NCBI GenBank assembly: GCA_029858285.1
Contig: JAOUFN010000005.1
Location: 75,294 to 139,293 of the forward strand
Length of the DNA: 64,000 bases
Reading direction: 5' to 3'
Source: Nitrospirota bacterium
GTDB taxonomy: Bacteria > Nitrospirota > JACRHL01
The notes under the pieces: model-generated
Told to the model about the DNA's origin: nothing
The model's database searches: none
What the model saw: the letters and a program-made list of their open reading frames with translations, nothing else
Part shown: one piece after another, positions 62,988 to 64,000 of the stretch
How positions within the stretch are numbered: position 1 is the first letter of the stretch
Layout: the number at the start of each line of letters is the position of its first letter
Program-made: the position numbers and the translations under genes

Positions 62988-64000
62988 ATGGGTCGGATGG
63001 AACAGCGGCGGCGGGAAATTTCGCGCATGGTCCAGTGCGGGGCGCTGGCCATGGGCCTGTGCCTGTTGACAATGTGGGGCGCGATGCCACTGGCGTGGGC
63101 GGTGGAGACGCGGCTGGTTCCCAGCGTGACAAAGCCGGGAGCCCAGTTCGGTCAGGCGCTTGCGGCCCGCGGCGACCTGTTGGTGGTGGGGGCTTCCGAT
63201 GCTGGGACAAACCAGGCAAAGGCTGGTGCCGCCTATGTATTCCGTTTTGACCCCGCTGCCGGGACATGGGTCGAGGAGGCGCGGCTGGTTTCTCCGAATC
63301 CAATCGGTGACGGCTACTTTGGTGCCGCCGTGGCCACCGATGGAACCCGTGTGGTGGTGGGGGCGCCGGGGGAAGAGAGGGCCTATGTGTTCGGGCAGGA
63401 CGTGGGGGGCGTCTGGTCTCCTGCCGCCGCACTGCCCCCTCCGACTAGTTTTTTCACCAACTCCGGCTTCGGGCGCGCCGTGGCCGTGAGTGGTACTCAG
63501 GTGGCGGTGGGGGCCAACACCTGTATCGACTGTCTGAATGGGCAGGCGGGCACCGGCGCGGTGGTGATGTATCGCCAGAGCGATGCCGGCTGGGTACAGG
63601 GGCAGCGGTTGAGTGCGGAAGGGGGGGGCAGCGTGCCCACTCTTCTGGGGCTGTCCGTGGCGCTGGACGGCAGCACCCTGCTGGCGGGGGATGCCTTTGC
63701 TGAGCCAGAGTCCCCGACCCGCGGCGCGCTACTGGTTTGGGAGTATACCCCCAGCACCGCCGGTAGTTGGGTGCAGCGGCCAAATCTTTCGGCTCCGGAT
63801 GGCGAGCCCGGCGACCACTTCGGACTGTCGGTGGCGTTGGATGGCAACACCGCCGTGGTGGCGTCACCGACCCACGCCGATGGCGGATTTTCGTATACCG
63901 GCGCCGTGTATGTGTTCACACGCTCTGCGGGTGCCTGGCTGCCATTGCCCGCCGAATTACGTCCACTGGGCGCCAGCGATCTGCCCCGGCCACCGGTGGG
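62988..64000 (+). CDS. Secreted FG-GAP repeat protein (partial; not in the ORF track)
   Basis: Manual translation: signal ...AMPLAWA, then FGQALAARGDLLVVGA, AGAAYVF, FGAAVATDGTRVVVGAP, FGLSVALDGNTAVVA. GAGGA SD. Confidence 0.85.
   Translation, partial: MGRMEQRRREISRMVQCGALAMGLCLLTMWGAMPLAWAVETRLVPSVTKPGAQFGQALAARGDLLVVGASDAGTNQAKAGAAYVFRFDPAAGTWVEEARLVSPNPIGDGYFGAAVATDGTRVVVGAPGEERAYVFGQDVGGVWSPAAALPPPTSFFTNSGFGRAVAVSGTQVAVGANTCIDCLNGQAGTGAVVMYRQSDAGWVQGQRLSAEGGGSVPTLLGLSVALDGSTLLAGDAFAEPESPTRGALLVWEYTPSTAGSWVQRPNLSAPDGEPGDHFGLSVALDGNTAVVASPTHADGGFSYTGAVYVFTRSAGAWLPLPAELRPLGASDLPRPPV

Overview
GC-rich bacterial chromosomal segment made up mostly of housekeeping genes. I recognised no mobile elements, CRISPR arrays, tRNAs or rRNAs. 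Gene order: secD(partial)-yajC-tgt-argS; YyaL-like thioredoxin/glycosidase-fold protein; FTR1 permease; MlaEFD-like ABC genes; 2-Cys peroxiredoxin; TusA plus a catalytically degenerate IscS-like protein; HEAT-repeat plus HD-GYP pair; ATP-grasp-like ligase plus DUF971, divergent from nikR (with a clear NikR-type operator); rdgB-rph-GAF/GGDEF-secA; atypical cold-shock protein; two FGE/SUMF1 paralogues, one fused to a di-heme cytochrome c domain; mprF; a promoter-driven structured ncRNA candidate; GTDC1-like glycosyltransferase; mfd; FG-GAP lipoprotein; DsbA/FrnE; MarC; an OmpR/BaeS-type two-component system; EamA-murU-amgK; a hidden 68-aa Met-rich lipoprotein; clpB-hsp20; glgP; DUF2934; hemH; purS (with a histone-H1-like tail)-purC-purB; nusB-ribH-ribBA; DUF4388; fhs; Nudix; a lipoprotein; DegP/DegQ; a (TGCCG)7 repeat; and a partial FG-GAP protein. 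The gene content looks Nitrospirota- or Deltaproteobacteria-like, which is inference only. Best leads: the di-heme/FGE pair, the IscS pseudoenzyme with TusA, two candidate sRNAs that each carry an anti-SD plus anti-AUG motif, the PurS-H1 fusion, the Met-rich lipoprotein with OmpR-type boxes, and the nikR/ATP-grasp/DUF971 locus. All family calls are by motif recognition, with no database searches.
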